The notes below the pieces were generated by a model that was not told the origin of the DNA, ran no database searches, and saw only the letters and a list, made by a program, of their open reading frames with translations. A stretch of DNA of 62,629 nt, the filler included, from Pseudobdellovibrionaceae bacterium (GTDB lineage Bacteria; Bdellovibrionota; Bdellovibrionia; Bdellovibrionales; UBA1609): assembly GCA_030591685.1 (NCBI GenBank). It is 5 parts of 5 records of this genome, joined end to end, with 100 filler letters (N's around TTAATTAATTAA, not from the genome) between each part and the next. Parts side by side here need not be neighbours in the genome. Positions count along the whole stretch, not along the records: positions 1 to 15,005 come from JAUVAX010000053.1; 4 more parts are not named here. The stretch is one strand, 5' to 3'. Shown here one piece after another: positions 1 to 9,921 of this stretch. Positions within the stretch are counted from its first letter, which is position 1, and every line of letters starts with the position of its first letter. A program made the translations under genes and the position numbers.

Positions 1-1139
1 AAAATATTAATATGCAAGTTGCCATCGCCGATGTGTCCAAATCACACAACATCAAACTGCGGGTATTCACGGGTGAGGATTTCATCCATTTGCACTAAAA
101 ACTCAGGGACTTTAGACACGCGTACTGAAACATCGTTTTTATAGGGTTCAAATGCGCTGGTGGCTTCGCTGATGTCTTCGCGGAGGCGCCAAAAGTCAGT
201 GGCCTGAGAGGGAGATTGGCTAATGGCCCCGTCTTCGACCCAGCCGTTTTCAGTGCAGGTTTCAAAAAGGTTCATGGCGGTTTCGAGGGTAGAGTCAGAG
301 TCGTTTTCGATCTCTAATAAAATATAGTATTTAGACTTAGTTTCAAAGGGCCTTTGTAGGCCGGTAGATTTAACGACGTACTCTAGGGCCATATCTGTAA
401 ACATCTCAAAGGCCAGTAGGGGTAACTTTTCGGTGTAGGCTTTAAAAATATTCATAACAGCATCGAGTTTGGGGACGCCTAAAATAAAAACTTGCTCTGC
501 AGCTGGAGGGCGGGTGAGCCTCATAGTGGCCTCGGTGATAAACCCAAGGGTGCCCTCGGAGCCAATAATTAAATGCCTTAAGTCGTAGCCACTCGCATTT
601 TTAACAAGAGAGTTATTAAGGTGTAGTACCTCGCCGGTACCCGTAACAACTGTTAACCCAGCCACCCAGTCTCGCGTTAACCCATACTTAATGACCTTTA
701 TGCCCCCAGCATTGGTGGCAATGTTACCACCAATTTGGCTAGAGCCTCGGGCCGCAAAGTCTACAGGGTAAAGTAGGCTATTCTCTTTGGCAAAATTTTG
801 TAGGTCCTCAGTGATCACCCCGGCTTCGCAGGTGACTGTTTTATCTATGGGGTCAAAATCGGATATTTTATTCATTTTATCAAAGCTAACAACGACTTCG
901 CCTTTAGTGGCAATGGCGGCACCACTAAGCCCTGTACGGCCGCCAGAAGGTACGAGGGCGACTTTGTTCTCTCTAGCCCATAAAACAATTTCAACGACCT
1001 CTTCAGTAGATTTAGGTAGTACCACGGCGAGTGCTTTAACCGGGATGTGCTTTGTCCAGTCTTTACCGTAGTTTTCTAAAGACTCTTTATCGGTCAAAAC
1101 CCGTTCGGGGGAGGTGATGTGTTTTAGTTTATCTAGCAT
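1..1139 (-). CDS. FAD-binding oxidoreductase (GlcD/D-2-hydroxyacid dehydrogenase family); in-frame TGA at 42-44, frame continues off the window edge
   Basis: Motifs PSGGRTGLSG, GGNIATNAGG and GSEGTLG; FGHIGDGNLH follows the TGA. ATG at 1139 has an AGGAG RBS. Confidence 0.85.
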
Positions 1140-1396
1140 ATTAGGGCTCCTTAACACGTGTATACCACTAATAGGGCGTAAACTAAACGCATTGGGCATT
1201 GAATTATATGATTTTTACTAATGCGGGCCAGGTAACAGTACGAGCGGGGGAGGGGGCCCCTTTTGCCTCTCGCTCTCACATTTTTTAAAGTCATAAAGAG
1301 ATTAAATAATAAAAGCCCAATACCTAAACGGTCTTGGGCTATAAATCGCGGGGCCATTAAAATTAAGGGGGTGTTGATCCCCCCAGTCTGGGTTGG

Positions 1397-2326
1397 TTAA
1401 CCTTGGTCGACGTTAAAGTAAGCGTCTAACTCTTCAGGTGTTATGCCCTCGGGCCAAGTTGATGGGTCTGAAAGGTCAAAGTTTTCACCATAAGGGAACT
1501 CTTCAGTCGCTGGATCGGTAGTTGGATCAGTAGCAGGATCAGTAGCAGGATCAGTAGCAGGATCAGTAGCAGGATCAGTAGCAGGATCAGTAGCAGGATC
1601 AGTGCCTTCATCCTCAGACTCATCAACGCCGTTGACCGGTTCATCTATAATAGGTGTGACGTCAGGGTATTCTTCGGCCTCATCATATCCACCAGGCTCA
1701 TCGATAATATCGTCAATAAAATCAATAGGCATTTTTAATGCGCTTGTGAGTTTAATGACGGGTTTTAGTAAGCAGCCATCGTTACCTGTAAGTACGATGG
1801 AGTCTTCGGCTTTAAAGTTGATTAAAAAAGCGTACGTGTAACCGGCTTCAAACACTATGCTCTCCGGCAAAAGAACCTTTAAACCAGACTGTTGAGCACT
1901 TGGTGTTTTTAAGTCGCACTGTGAACCGTCGGGCATGGTTATATAGTTACCTTCTGGTTTTAAAAGTATGCGTATTTGGTGGATTTCTGTACCTACGGGT
2001 ACTTCGAAACTGTCCACAGGTAAACTTTTACCGCCTTGAAGGCTGAGTAAATCTAAAGCCCCAAAGTGTTCATTAACAATTACACGTGCGGCTTTACCTT
2101 GACCTGTTAACAAAAGCTCAAAGTGATCTATATTTACAACCACATTATTAAAGTTTTTTTCTTTTGGTTTTTCAAGTGCTGAGAGTGTATTTAAGTTTTC
2201 ATTAAGGTGCATTTTAAACTGTGCACTGTTTTGTATCTGTAAGTTCCCAGAGTTGTCAGTACAAGCTGAGAGCAAAAGTGCCACTGCAAATAATCTAATG
2301 TTTAATAATAGATTTATTGTTTTCAT
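1397..2326 (-). CDS. DUF4382-domain lipoprotein with acidic DPAT-repeat tail
   Basis: Lipobox LLLSAC; QIRILL...LKTPSAQQSGLKV...LKPVIK pattern; GGGGG RBS before ATG 2326. Confidence 0.75.
   Translation of the reverse strand: MKTINLLLNIRLFAVALLLSACTDNSGNLQIQNSAQFKMHLNENLNTLSALEKPKEKNFNNVVVNIDHFELLLTGQGKAARVIVNEHFGALDLLSLQGGKSLPVDSFEVPVGTEIHQIRILLKPEGNYITMPDGSQCDLKTPSAQQSGLKVLLPESIVFEAGYTYAFLINFKAEDSIVLTGNDGCLLKPVIKLTSALKMPIDFIDDIIDEPGGYDEAEEYPDVTPIIDEPVNGVDESEDEGTDPATDPATDPATDPATDPATDPATDPTTDPATEEFPYGENFDLSDPSTWPEGITPEELDAYFNVDQG
1505..1603. repeat. 12-bp coding tandem repeat (GGATCAGTAGCA, about 8 copies; encodes DPAT)
   Basis: Seen directly. Confidence 0.95.
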
Positions 2327-2593
2327 ATTAATACCCCCTGTCCCTACAATTACTATATCGTACCCTGGACTAAGGGCTGTAGAAAAAAGTGAAACCTGGG
2401 TCACATTGATAACTTATTGATATCATTAGTAAAAATGTTCTACAAAAAAATGAACATTTAAATTTAAAGTTGAATTTATTGTCTAACTTTTATTGATTTT
2501 GGAGAGGGGCTAAAGCGAGCCTGTGTGGGGTAGGGTTGTTAAAACTGGGGGCTTAAGGTCTTTAAGCCCTCGTCAAATTGTAGAGTTTTACTT

Positions 2594-3340
2594 TTATCTG
2601 TGTGCCACTCGGCTTAGCTTTATAAGCTTTTCAAGTTGAGCTTGCATAAACTGAGGAGCTACCTTTGAATTTCTCTGCACATACTGAATATATCTTTTGG
2701 CTTGAAAGTTATAGCCCTTTTTCATCAATAGCTTAACATATTGCTCAGTAACTGTGATTTGTAAAAAATTAGGTTTTTGCCTTAGTAACCAGCGGTACTC
2801 TCGGGCAGCGGATTTAGTTTCCCCAAGGGCCTCTAATGAACGAGCGTAAGCAAATATAACCTTACGGTCTTTGCCGCCAAATCGTTTATAAACATTGAGG
2901 GTCTGCTTGGCCTCTTTATAGTTCATAGTATTAAAGAGTGTTTTGCCGTACTCAGCTCGTACCTTCATATCTTTAGGGTTTCTAACAAGCGCTTTATGTA
3001 AGTAATTTTGGTAGCAATCGAGTTTATCTAGTTGTAAACAGACTTTAGCTAAATAAATATTGTTCTTGCTCGTATCCATAGCAACAAGTGATTTAAATTG
3101 GTAGGGTAGAACCCTTATAGAGGCGGTATCCCAAGTGACAACTTGCTGTAAAAGCCCAAATGCAAAAACAATAATCACAGCACTTTTGTAGATGAAGTTC
3201 AGCACTCCCTTGGCCTCTGGCTTAAGTAAAGAGTTAGAGTAGACTTTACCACAATGGTTGCAAACAACGATGCGTTCATTAGCTCTGTTGTGGTCTATAG
3301 ATAGGTGACACCTATTACATAGTATGGGTTTGTGTTGCAT
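2594..3340 (-). CDS. Zinc-ribbon + transmembrane + TPR-like protein
   Basis: CNRC...CNHC, one hydrophobic helix, TPR-like helices (YGKTLF, YARSLEALGETKSAAREY). Confidence 0.65.
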   Translation of the reverse strand: MQHKPILCNRCHLSIDHNRANERIVVCNHCGKVYSNSLLKPEAKGVLNFIYKSAVIIVFAFGLLQQVVTWDTASIRVLPYQFKSLVAMDTSKNNIYLAKVCLQLDKLDCYQNYLHKALVRNPKDMKVRAEYGKTLFNTMNYKEAKQTLNVYKRFGGKDRKVIFAYARSLEALGETKSAAREYRWLLRQKPNFLQITVTEQYVKLLMKKGYNFQAKRYIQYVQRNSKVAPQFMQAQLEKLIKLSRVAHR

Positions 3341-3369
3341 AATTCTCCCCTTAGTCTAACGACTTAAAG

Positions 3370-3385
3370 TGCAAAAGCAGTGCCA
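3370..3385 (-). promoter_or_regulatory. sigma54 (-24/-12) promoter
   Basis: TGGCAC-TGCTT-TTGCA on the minus strand, 30 nt upstream of ATG 3340; matches consensus TGGCAC-N5-TTGC. Confidence 0.75.
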
Positions 3386-3596
3386 GATTAAGTGAAGACT
3401 GTGGGGGTTTGGAGCAAAAGTGTGATCAATACTTAGTACTGATGTAAAAAAGTTTGACGAGCAATTTTTAAGTGAAAAGCTAATTTTAAAAGCGACGTGA
3501 CATGCTTATAACTTTTTAACCTAACGAACCCAGTTTATATGTATTTATTTGATACATAGCCCGATCGTTTACAATTATTTTTTTAAAAACCCTTTA

Positions 3597-5618
3597 TTAT
3601 TTTGATCGAGATGCTGACTTACTTGATTTACTGCTCACACGCACAGGGGGTTTATTAGGGTCTGCCTGAGGAGGCCCTACATACACAAACCGTCTATACT
3701 TTTTATCTTGGCAGCTTTGATTATTGCTTGTACACGAGCCGGGCACTGTGGCCACAGGGGCTCCTTTTTTGTAGGATTGAGGGTTAAATAGTTTTTTAAA
3801 CTTACCCTTGTAGTGGGTGTGTAAAAAAGCCTCACGCTCTAAAATTTCACTCACATAGAGCTTTTCGTTTTTGCACTTACGGTTACATTTTTTAAGATTC
3901 ATTAAAAATGAGTTTCTGACCCACTCCGAGTGCTTATAGTAGTTAAAGTTAGCGTAATCTGGTAGGCAAGAGAACAGGCCCTTCTCTACGCATAAAAGTT
4001 TATAAGAGTTTGATACAAGTTCAAAAATGTTTTCATGCTTAAGGCCAATACCTCTTTTGTTTCTATTTTGCCGTGCGGCCAGTAGGCCTTTGGAGTTTGC
4101 TGGCAGTCGTTTGCCAAACACTTTATCTTTAGCCCCCTTAGCGGCTTTTCTCATAATATCAAATATATTGCCCTTTTTACGGTCAATGTCTTTTGTTTTA
4201 CCGCTCCCAGTATAAGAGCCAAATCCGCCGCTGCCACCAGTGGAGCTGCTAGTAAACCCACCGCCACTTCTCTCACCTTGAATAATATCAGTATCAATAC
4301 CACTGGCTGAAGAGGGAGATCGCCCCCCAGACTCAGCCTGACCTAAAGCACTTATACCACCGCCACTGCCGCCCCCACCAGGGCCGGCCCCGCCGCCGCC
4401 AGCAATACTACGGCTACCTTGGCCACTGGGCTCTACGCCCTCAAGGTCTGAGAACTCCGGCATTTCGCCGTCAATGTCACCAAGGATAATATCGTCGTCA
4501 CCAAAGAGGCCACCAGAGCCATCGTCACCATCATTAAAATTCACCTGATGGCCGCTATCGCTTTGGGTCCCGTTATTAGTGAGTATGTTTTCACAGCCCG
4601 AAGCCTCTGGATTTGCCGTACAGCGGATACAAATGGGGTTAGAGGCATTAGCCAGGGTCGTACAGTCGTTATTAAAAGCAACGGGCTCTAAATCTTCAAA
4701 ACCTGTACTCGCCACAGTGGCGTCCTCTTGGCATTTTAAAAGGGCTTGAGACATGCCCCCTTGTATAATATTAGCCGCCACAAGCTCAGCTTGTTTGCCT
4801 GAGAGGTTGTCGCAGTCTCTAATGCGTTTTCTAGAGTCTAATACAACTTCGCCAAGCCTTTGGCAGTGCCTGTACTGCGTTTGCTGGGCTTGTGTTGGGT
4901 TGGTCTGAGCATTTGCAGTGGTTAAAACACTTTCACAATCGACCCTCTTTGTGCCGACTGTAATGCCTATGCCTTGAAGTAATTGCTTAGCTTCATCTTT
5001 AACCTCACCACATTTCTTATCGCAAGCATCCCTAGCTCGACCGCACATAGTTGTTAGACCTATGTTTACAGCCACAAGTGACATATTTAAAATTTTCATG
5101 GATTCACACATTTTAGACACACCACTGGCTGTTAAAGCACCAGCAGTTTGTGCGGCGATGGTTTGAAAGGTGATAATTTTCTCTGCAATAGCGCCGCCTG
5201 TAACATTGAGTTCAGAGTCATCATCAACGTCGCTTGTATCTAAACAAGATTTAGGATCAGTACAACAACGACTTGCATACTTCTTATAAGGCTGACAGGA
5301 CTCCTCGTAGGAGTCCTCTAGTTGATTGACTTTGCTGGCGGAGATGTTTTGGGTTTGGGATGTGGAATTGCCTCCTCCGTCAAGTGCGGGTATCGATTGG
5401 ACACCTACACTACCTTGGCTTAGGATCACGCCTTGTGCATTTGAACACTGGCTTGTTCTGTTGCCGGCACCATCATCACTTTCAGAATATATGCCCTTCA
5501 GGTCATTAATGCAGTCACTCTCAGCATCAGCTAATGCGTTATAAAAAAGCCCTTTCGAGCTTATTGACAAAGTTAAAAACAAAAAGAATACAAGAACCCT
5601 AAATGTATAAAATCTCAT
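3597..5618 (-). CDS. Secreted Cys-rich protein with Gly/Ser-rich linker and basic C-terminus
   Basis: N-terminal signal peptide, many Cys, poly-Gly segment, GGAGG RBS. Confidence 0.75.
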   Translation of the reverse strand: MRFYTFRVLVFFLFLTLSISSKGLFYNALADAESDCINDLKGIYSESDDGAGNRTSQCSNAQGVILSQGSVGVQSIPALDGGGNSTSQTQNISASKVNQLEDSYEESCQPYKKYASRCCTDPKSCLDTSDVDDDSELNVTGGAIAEKIITFQTIAAQTAGALTASGVSKMCESMKILNMSLVAVNIGLTTMCGRARDACDKKCGEVKDEAKQLLQGIGITVGTKRVDCESVLTTANAQTNPTQAQQTQYRHCQRLGEVVLDSRKRIRDCDNLSGKQAELVAANIIQGGMSQALLKCQEDATVASTGFEDLEPVAFNNDCTTLANASNPICIRCTANPEASGCENILTNNGTQSDSGHQVNFNDGDDGSGGLFGDDDIILGDIDGEMPEFSDLEGVEPSGQGSRSIAGGGGAGPGGGGSGGGISALGQAESGGRSPSSASGIDTDIIQGERSGGGFTSSSTGGSGGFGSYTGSGKTKDIDRKKGNIFDIMRKAAKGAKDKVFGKRLPANSKGLLAARQNRNKRGIGLKHENIFELVSNSYKLLCVEKGLFSCLPDYANFNYYKHSEWVRNSFLMNLKKCNRKCKNEKLYVSEILEREAFLHTHYKGKFKKLFNPQSYKKGAPVATVPGSCTSNNQSCQDKKYRRFVYVGPPQADPNKPPVRVSSKSSKSASRSK

Positions 5619-5644
5619 TAATCCTCCAAAGGTACTCTCAAATA

Positions 5645-5671
5645 GTATCGGAATAAAACAGTTAAACTTTA
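5645..5671 (-). promoter_or_regulatory. sigma28 (FliA)-type promoter
   Basis: TAAA-15 nt-TCCGATAC upstream of ATG 5618 (consensus TAAA-N15-GCCGATAA). Confidence 0.65.
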
Positions 5672-5915
5672 GTCCTAAGGCGTTTCATTTTGAGATTCTC
5701 AAGAGCTTAGTGAGTGCATAATAGAATAAAAAAAATGTATTTCTAGATATTTACGTGAAATTGTGAAGTTCAGTTTTTGAGATGTAGACCATCTGCTGTC
5801 CGTTTAACAAGCGGACGACAAAGACTTAATTTCAAATGCGATTCTTTGTAGGTGTATATAGTTATCAGCCTAATTATCATACGGCTTTGTTTCATGAATT
5901 TAAATTTAACGCTGA

Positions 5916-6731
5916 TTAATTTCCAACTAAAATTTTTAAATTAGCTTTAGATATATGAACTCCAAAAGGATATTTTTTCCCGTAATTGCTCATAAAGACT
6001 CCACGGTGAGTTCCTACATATACGAACTCATTCTTTTCGCTTTTATAGACCATGAGCGCAGCTCCAGATGAGTTTTCTAACGTGGCACAGTCATGATAAA
6101 CAAGAAATTCTCCGCCAGTGTTTTCGTATGGGTTTGTTTGAATTTGGCACTCTTGCCATGTTCTTATCATATTGGCGGCATAAAAGTTGCCACCATTAGC
6201 CCCAAGTAGCCGATCTTTGTAGTTTCTAGAGGTGTGAAAACCTGATAAATATATGGGGTGGCCGCTAGCTCTCAGGGATTTAATATCATTTAGTGAGAGA
6301 AACTCTTTTTTAATTGGAGTTAGTTCTGTAACCCTCTGCTTGACTCGAATTAGACATTCATCTTTTTCATACATAGTGCTTGTCTTAAATTTTGATCCAC
6401 ACTGAATAGATTTGACGTTATAAGACTGGATTGGGCCTCTTAAGTCAAAACCCATTCGAATAAAATATTTTTTTGGGCCTCCAGCGAGTAGCTGACCATT
6501 TTTAAAAAAACAATGAGCGCTACTTATAAAAGCCTTATCACCATCAGGGTATTCTACATAAGTCGTATTGCACACATGCGCTGGGCCGGTGGCCAATTCT
6601 ATCTGCAAAGACCCCACTGACTTAAAAACATTGTTGGTGTCAGCCAGTGCCGTAGAAAAATTAATATTTGCAAACGCCCCGCCTGCAAACATGACCACAA
6701 CAAGTAAAACAATACCTTTTAAAGCTCTCAT
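5916..6731 (-). CDS. Secreted trypsin-like serine protease, copy 1
   Basis: Signal peptide (AFA); SSAHC (His), EKDEC (Asp), CATLENSSGA (Ser). Confidence 0.8.
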   Translation of the reverse strand: MRALKGIVLLVVVMFAGGAFANINFSTALADTNNVFKSVGSLQIELATGPAHVCNTTYVEYPDGDKAFISSAHCFFKNGQLLAGGPKKYFIRMGFDLRGPIQSYNVKSIQCGSKFKTSTMYEKDECLIRVKQRVTELTPIKKEFLSLNDIKSLRASGHPIYLSGFHTSRNYKDRLLGANGGNFYAANMIRTWQECQIQTNPYENTGGEFLVYHDCATLENSSGAALMVYKSEKNEFVYVGTHRGVFMSNYGKKYPFGVHISKANLKILVGN

Positions 6732-6924
6732 AATTATAAACCCTTAATAGACTAAATATTTAGTTTCAAAGGGTTTTTACCATGAGTTAGGGTGGGGCAG
6801 AAGCTCAATAGCGGGGTTTGAAATATTTACCCACACCTGACTAAACAAAAGACAGCTTTATTTGAGCATAAGGGCTATTTACATAGGTTTATTTAAGGAG
6901 AGTAAGGGCTGCGGGTTTTAGGTT
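6732..6924 (-). repeat. Duplicated upstream region of protease, copy 1, with palindrome at 6738-6776
   Basis: Nearly identical to 7774-7977. Confidence 0.9.
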
Positions 6925-6945
6925 AATGGGAATAAGGTGCTTTAA

Positions 6946-7773
6946 TTATTTACGACTTAAATATGATAGGTCGGACTTTTCTATGTGGGCCCCAAAAGGA
7001 AGGTAAGTTTGAACCCCTTGAGAGTTTATGTAAGGCTTGAGCCCGCGGTGTGTCCCAATATATCTGTAGCCCTGTATGTCGTTGTCGTAGTAAATAAGAG
7101 CCGCCCCTGATGAGCTGTCTAGAGTGGCACAATTGTGAATAATAAGAAAGTCACCACCAATATTTTCAAATGGGTTTTCTTGAATTTTACACTCTTGCCA
7201 TGTTCGAGACATATTGGCATCATAAATGTTGTTTCCATTTGCCCCAAGTAGTCTGTCGTTATAGTTTCTAGCTGGGTGGAAACCGGTGACATATATGTTG
7301 TGTCCAATGGCTCTGAGAGACCGAACGTCATTTAAAGAGAGGTACTCTTTTTTAATCGGCGTTAGCCCTGTAACACGTTGAGTAACTCGAATAATACATT
7401 CGTCTTTTTCGTACACAGTATTTGTCTTAAGCTTAGATCCACATCTAATAGAGTCAACACTATACGACTGGGTAGGGTTTCTTAAGTCAAAACCCATTCG
7501 AATAAAATATTGTTTAGGCCCACCATTTTTTAAGTAACCATTTTCAAAAAAACAATGTGCACTACTTGTAAAGGTCTTATCGCCATCAGGGTACTCAACG
7601 TATGTCGCATTACAAAAATGAATAGGTCCATTAGCCCCGTCAACTTGCAAAGATCCCACAGAACTAAATACATTTGTTGAGTCAGCCCGTGCTGTTGAAA
7701 AATTAATATTTGCAAACGCACTGCCCGCAAATATCACCACAACGAGTAAAATAACACCTTTTAAAGCTCTCAT
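6946..7773 (-). CDS. Secreted trypsin-like serine protease, copy 2
   Basis: Paralogue of 5916-6731; SSAHC, EKDEC, CATLDSSSGA. Confidence 0.8.
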   Translation of the reverse strand: MRALKGVILLVVVIFAGSAFANINFSTARADSTNVFSSVGSLQVDGANGPIHFCNATYVEYPDGDKTFTSSAHCFFENGYLKNGGPKQYFIRMGFDLRNPTQSYSVDSIRCGSKLKTNTVYEKDECIIRVTQRVTGLTPIKKEYLSLNDVRSLRAIGHNIYVTGFHPARNYNDRLLGANGNNIYDANMSRTWQECKIQENPFENIGGDFLIIHNCATLDSSSGAALIYYDNDIQGYRYIGTHRGLKPYINSQGVQTYLPFGAHIEKSDLSYLSRK

Positions 7774-7977
7774 AAGTTTATAAACCCTTGATAGACTAAA
7801 TATTTAGTTTCAAAGGGTTTTTACCATGAGTTAGGGGGGCAGAAGCTCAATAGCAGGGTTTGAAATACTTACCCACACCTGACTAAACAGCAGACAGTTT
7901 TATTTGAGTATAAGGGCTGTTTACGTAGGTTAATTTAGGGTGAGCAAGCGTGAGTAAGGGCTGCGGGTTTTTAGGTT
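7774..7977 (-). repeat. Duplicated upstream region of protease, copy 2, with palindrome at 7782-7820
   Basis: Nearly identical to 6732-6924. Confidence 0.9.
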
Positions 7978-8046
7978 GTCGAATGCCAGGCACTTGTTAT
8001 TAAGAGGCGGGTGTGATATTTTTGTGCCTCTTTTTAAGGAGTGAGC

Positions 8047-8817
8047 ATGCAAGCAGTAATACTGGCGGGGGGTTACGGAACTCGCCTGGCTGAAGAAACA
8101 GTCGTAAAACCTAAACCTATGGTCGAAATAGGCGGGCTGCCCATATTGTGGCACATCATGAAAACATATTCACACTACGGAGTGAACGATTTTATTATTT
8201 GCCTGGGCTATAAGGGCGATATGATAAAAAATTATTTTGCCAACTACTTTCTTTATCAATCAGATGTTCAATTTGATTTGGCGAATAATAAAATGAAAAT
8301 TTTAAATCAAAAAGCAGAGCCTTGGACTGTAACCCTCGTTGATACCGGCGATAAAACCATGACCGGTGGCCGAATTAAAAGGATTGAAAACTACGTGACT
8401 GAGGACAACTTTTGTATGACCTACGGTGATGGGCTAAGCAATATAAACATTAGCAACTTAATTGAGTTTCATAAATCTCAAGGTAAACTGGCTACAGTGA
8501 CGGCAGTGCGGCCTCCAGGGCGTTTTGGGGCTATAGTTATGGATGGAGATGCTGTGAAAGGCTTTGAGGAAAAGCCCGTGGGTGATGGTGGGTTTATTAA
8601 TGGTGGCTTTTTTGTTTTGTCTAAGAAGATTTTTAGTTACATTGAGGACGACTCGTCTATTTGGGAGAGGGCTCCGATAAAAAACATCACAAAAGACTCT
8701 CAATTGGCCGCGTATAAACATAGTGATTTTTGGCAACCTATGGACACATTAAGAGAGAAAAACTTACTAGAGGACCTATGGACATCTGGAAAGGCCCCCT
8801 GGAAGGTGTGGCAATGA
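8047..8817 (+). CDS. rfbF: Glucose-1-phosphate cytidylyltransferase
   Basis: ILAGGYGTRL...KPKPMVEIGG, TMTGGRIKR, FWQPMDTLREK, APWKVW; AAGGAG RBS. Confidence 0.95.
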   Translation: MQAVILAGGYGTRLAEETVVKPKPMVEIGGLPILWHIMKTYSHYGVNDFIICLGYKGDMIKNYFANYFLYQSDVQFDLANNKMKILNQKAEPWTVTLVDTGDKTMTGGRIKRIENYVTEDNFCMTYGDGLSNINISNLIEFHKSQGKLATVTAVRPPGRFGAIVMDGDAVKGFEEKPVGDGGFINGGFFVLSKKIFSYIEDDSSIWERAPIKNITKDSQLAAYKHSDFWQPMDTLREKNLLEDLWTSGKAPWKVWQ

Positions 8818-9920
8818 TTCATCTTGGGTCTTTTTATAAAGATAAAAAAGTTTTAGTCACCGGGCACACTGGTTTTAAAGGGGCCTGGCTGACTACGTGG
8901 TTAAAGCTCTTGGGGGCGAATGTTTATGGGATCTCCCTTGGTGAAGTTTCAAACCCATCAATGTTTTCGTTATTAAAAATGGATGAAAAAATAAATTCTC
9001 ATTTTTGTGACATAAGAGACTATCAAAAGTTTTCAAAAATTTATAATGATATAAAACCTGATTTTGTTTTTCACCTGGCCGCTCAGGCCATAGTTTCAGA
9101 GTCCTATAAAAACCCACTAGAAACGTTAAGTACTAATATTATGGGCACAGCCAATTTACTGGATATAATAAAAAATGACGACCGCCAAGTCGCCGCTGTT
9201 TTTATTACCAGTGATAAGTGTTATGAAAATGTAGAGTGGGAGTATGGGTATAGAGAGATCGATCGCCTAGGGGGTAAAGACATATACAGTGCCTCTAAGG
9301 GGGCTAGTGAATTAGTTTTTTGGTCTTTTTATAATTCATTTTTTACTAACCATAAGGCATGCATTGCTACCGCAAGAGCCGGTAACGTAATAGGGGGAGG
9401 GGACTGGGCTAAAAGTCGCTTAATCCCTGATATTATTAAATCTTGGCTTAAGGGAGAGTCGGTTGAAATACGTAGCCCAAAGGCCACTCGCCCCTGGCAG
9501 CACGTATTAGAGCCCCTAAGTGGATACTTAGTACTTATGGCTCGCCTTCATGGCAATAGGGACTTAAGCGGTGAGAGCTATAATTTTGGGCCCTCAGACG
9601 ATAATGACATCCCTGTTGTAGATGTTGTAAATGCATTGAGTGAGTCATTCGTGGCAAAAGATTACGTTAAAACGCCAGTTGTGGTCAACGAGGCCGGCGG
9701 GAGTTTTAAAGAGGCCGGTTTACTAAAGTTAAACTGTGATAAGGCTAAATTTAATTTGTCCTGGAAGAGCACTCTTAATTTTAATGAAACAATAGACTAC
9801 ATAAGCGTGTGGTATAAACAGTTTAATGATTCTAAAGTTGGTTTGTATGACCTCACCTGCAAACAAATAATGGATTACACAGAGCTTGCAACAAAAAAAA
9901 AGAGCCATTGGAGGCCATAA
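8814..9920 (+). CDS. rfbG: CDP-glucose 4,6-dehydratase
   Basis: VTGHTGFKGAW, TSDKCYEN, YSASK, RAGNVIGGGDW, RPWQHVLEPL; ATGA overlap with rfbF. Confidence 0.95.
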   Translation: MIHLGSFYKDKKVLVTGHTGFKGAWLTTWLKLLGANVYGISLGEVSNPSMFSLLKMDEKINSHFCDIRDYQKFSKIYNDIKPDFVFHLAAQAIVSESYKNPLETLSTNIMGTANLLDIIKNDDRQVAAVFITSDKCYENVEWEYGYREIDRLGGKDIYSASKGASELVFWSFYNSFFTNHKACIATARAGNVIGGGDWAKSRLIPDIIKSWLKGESVEIRSPKATRPWQHVLEPLSGYLVLMARLHGNRDLSGESYNFGPSDDNDIPVVDVVNALSESFVAKDYVKTPVVVNEAGGSFKEAGLLKLNCDKAKFNLSWKSTLNFNETIDYISVWYKQFNDSKVGLYDLTCKQIMDYTELATKKKSHWRP

Positions 9921-9921
9921 A

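Noticed and set aside
5795..5870. Integron attC-like site (GTTTAAC...GTT)
   Set aside because: No convincing paired R/L boxes and no integrase.
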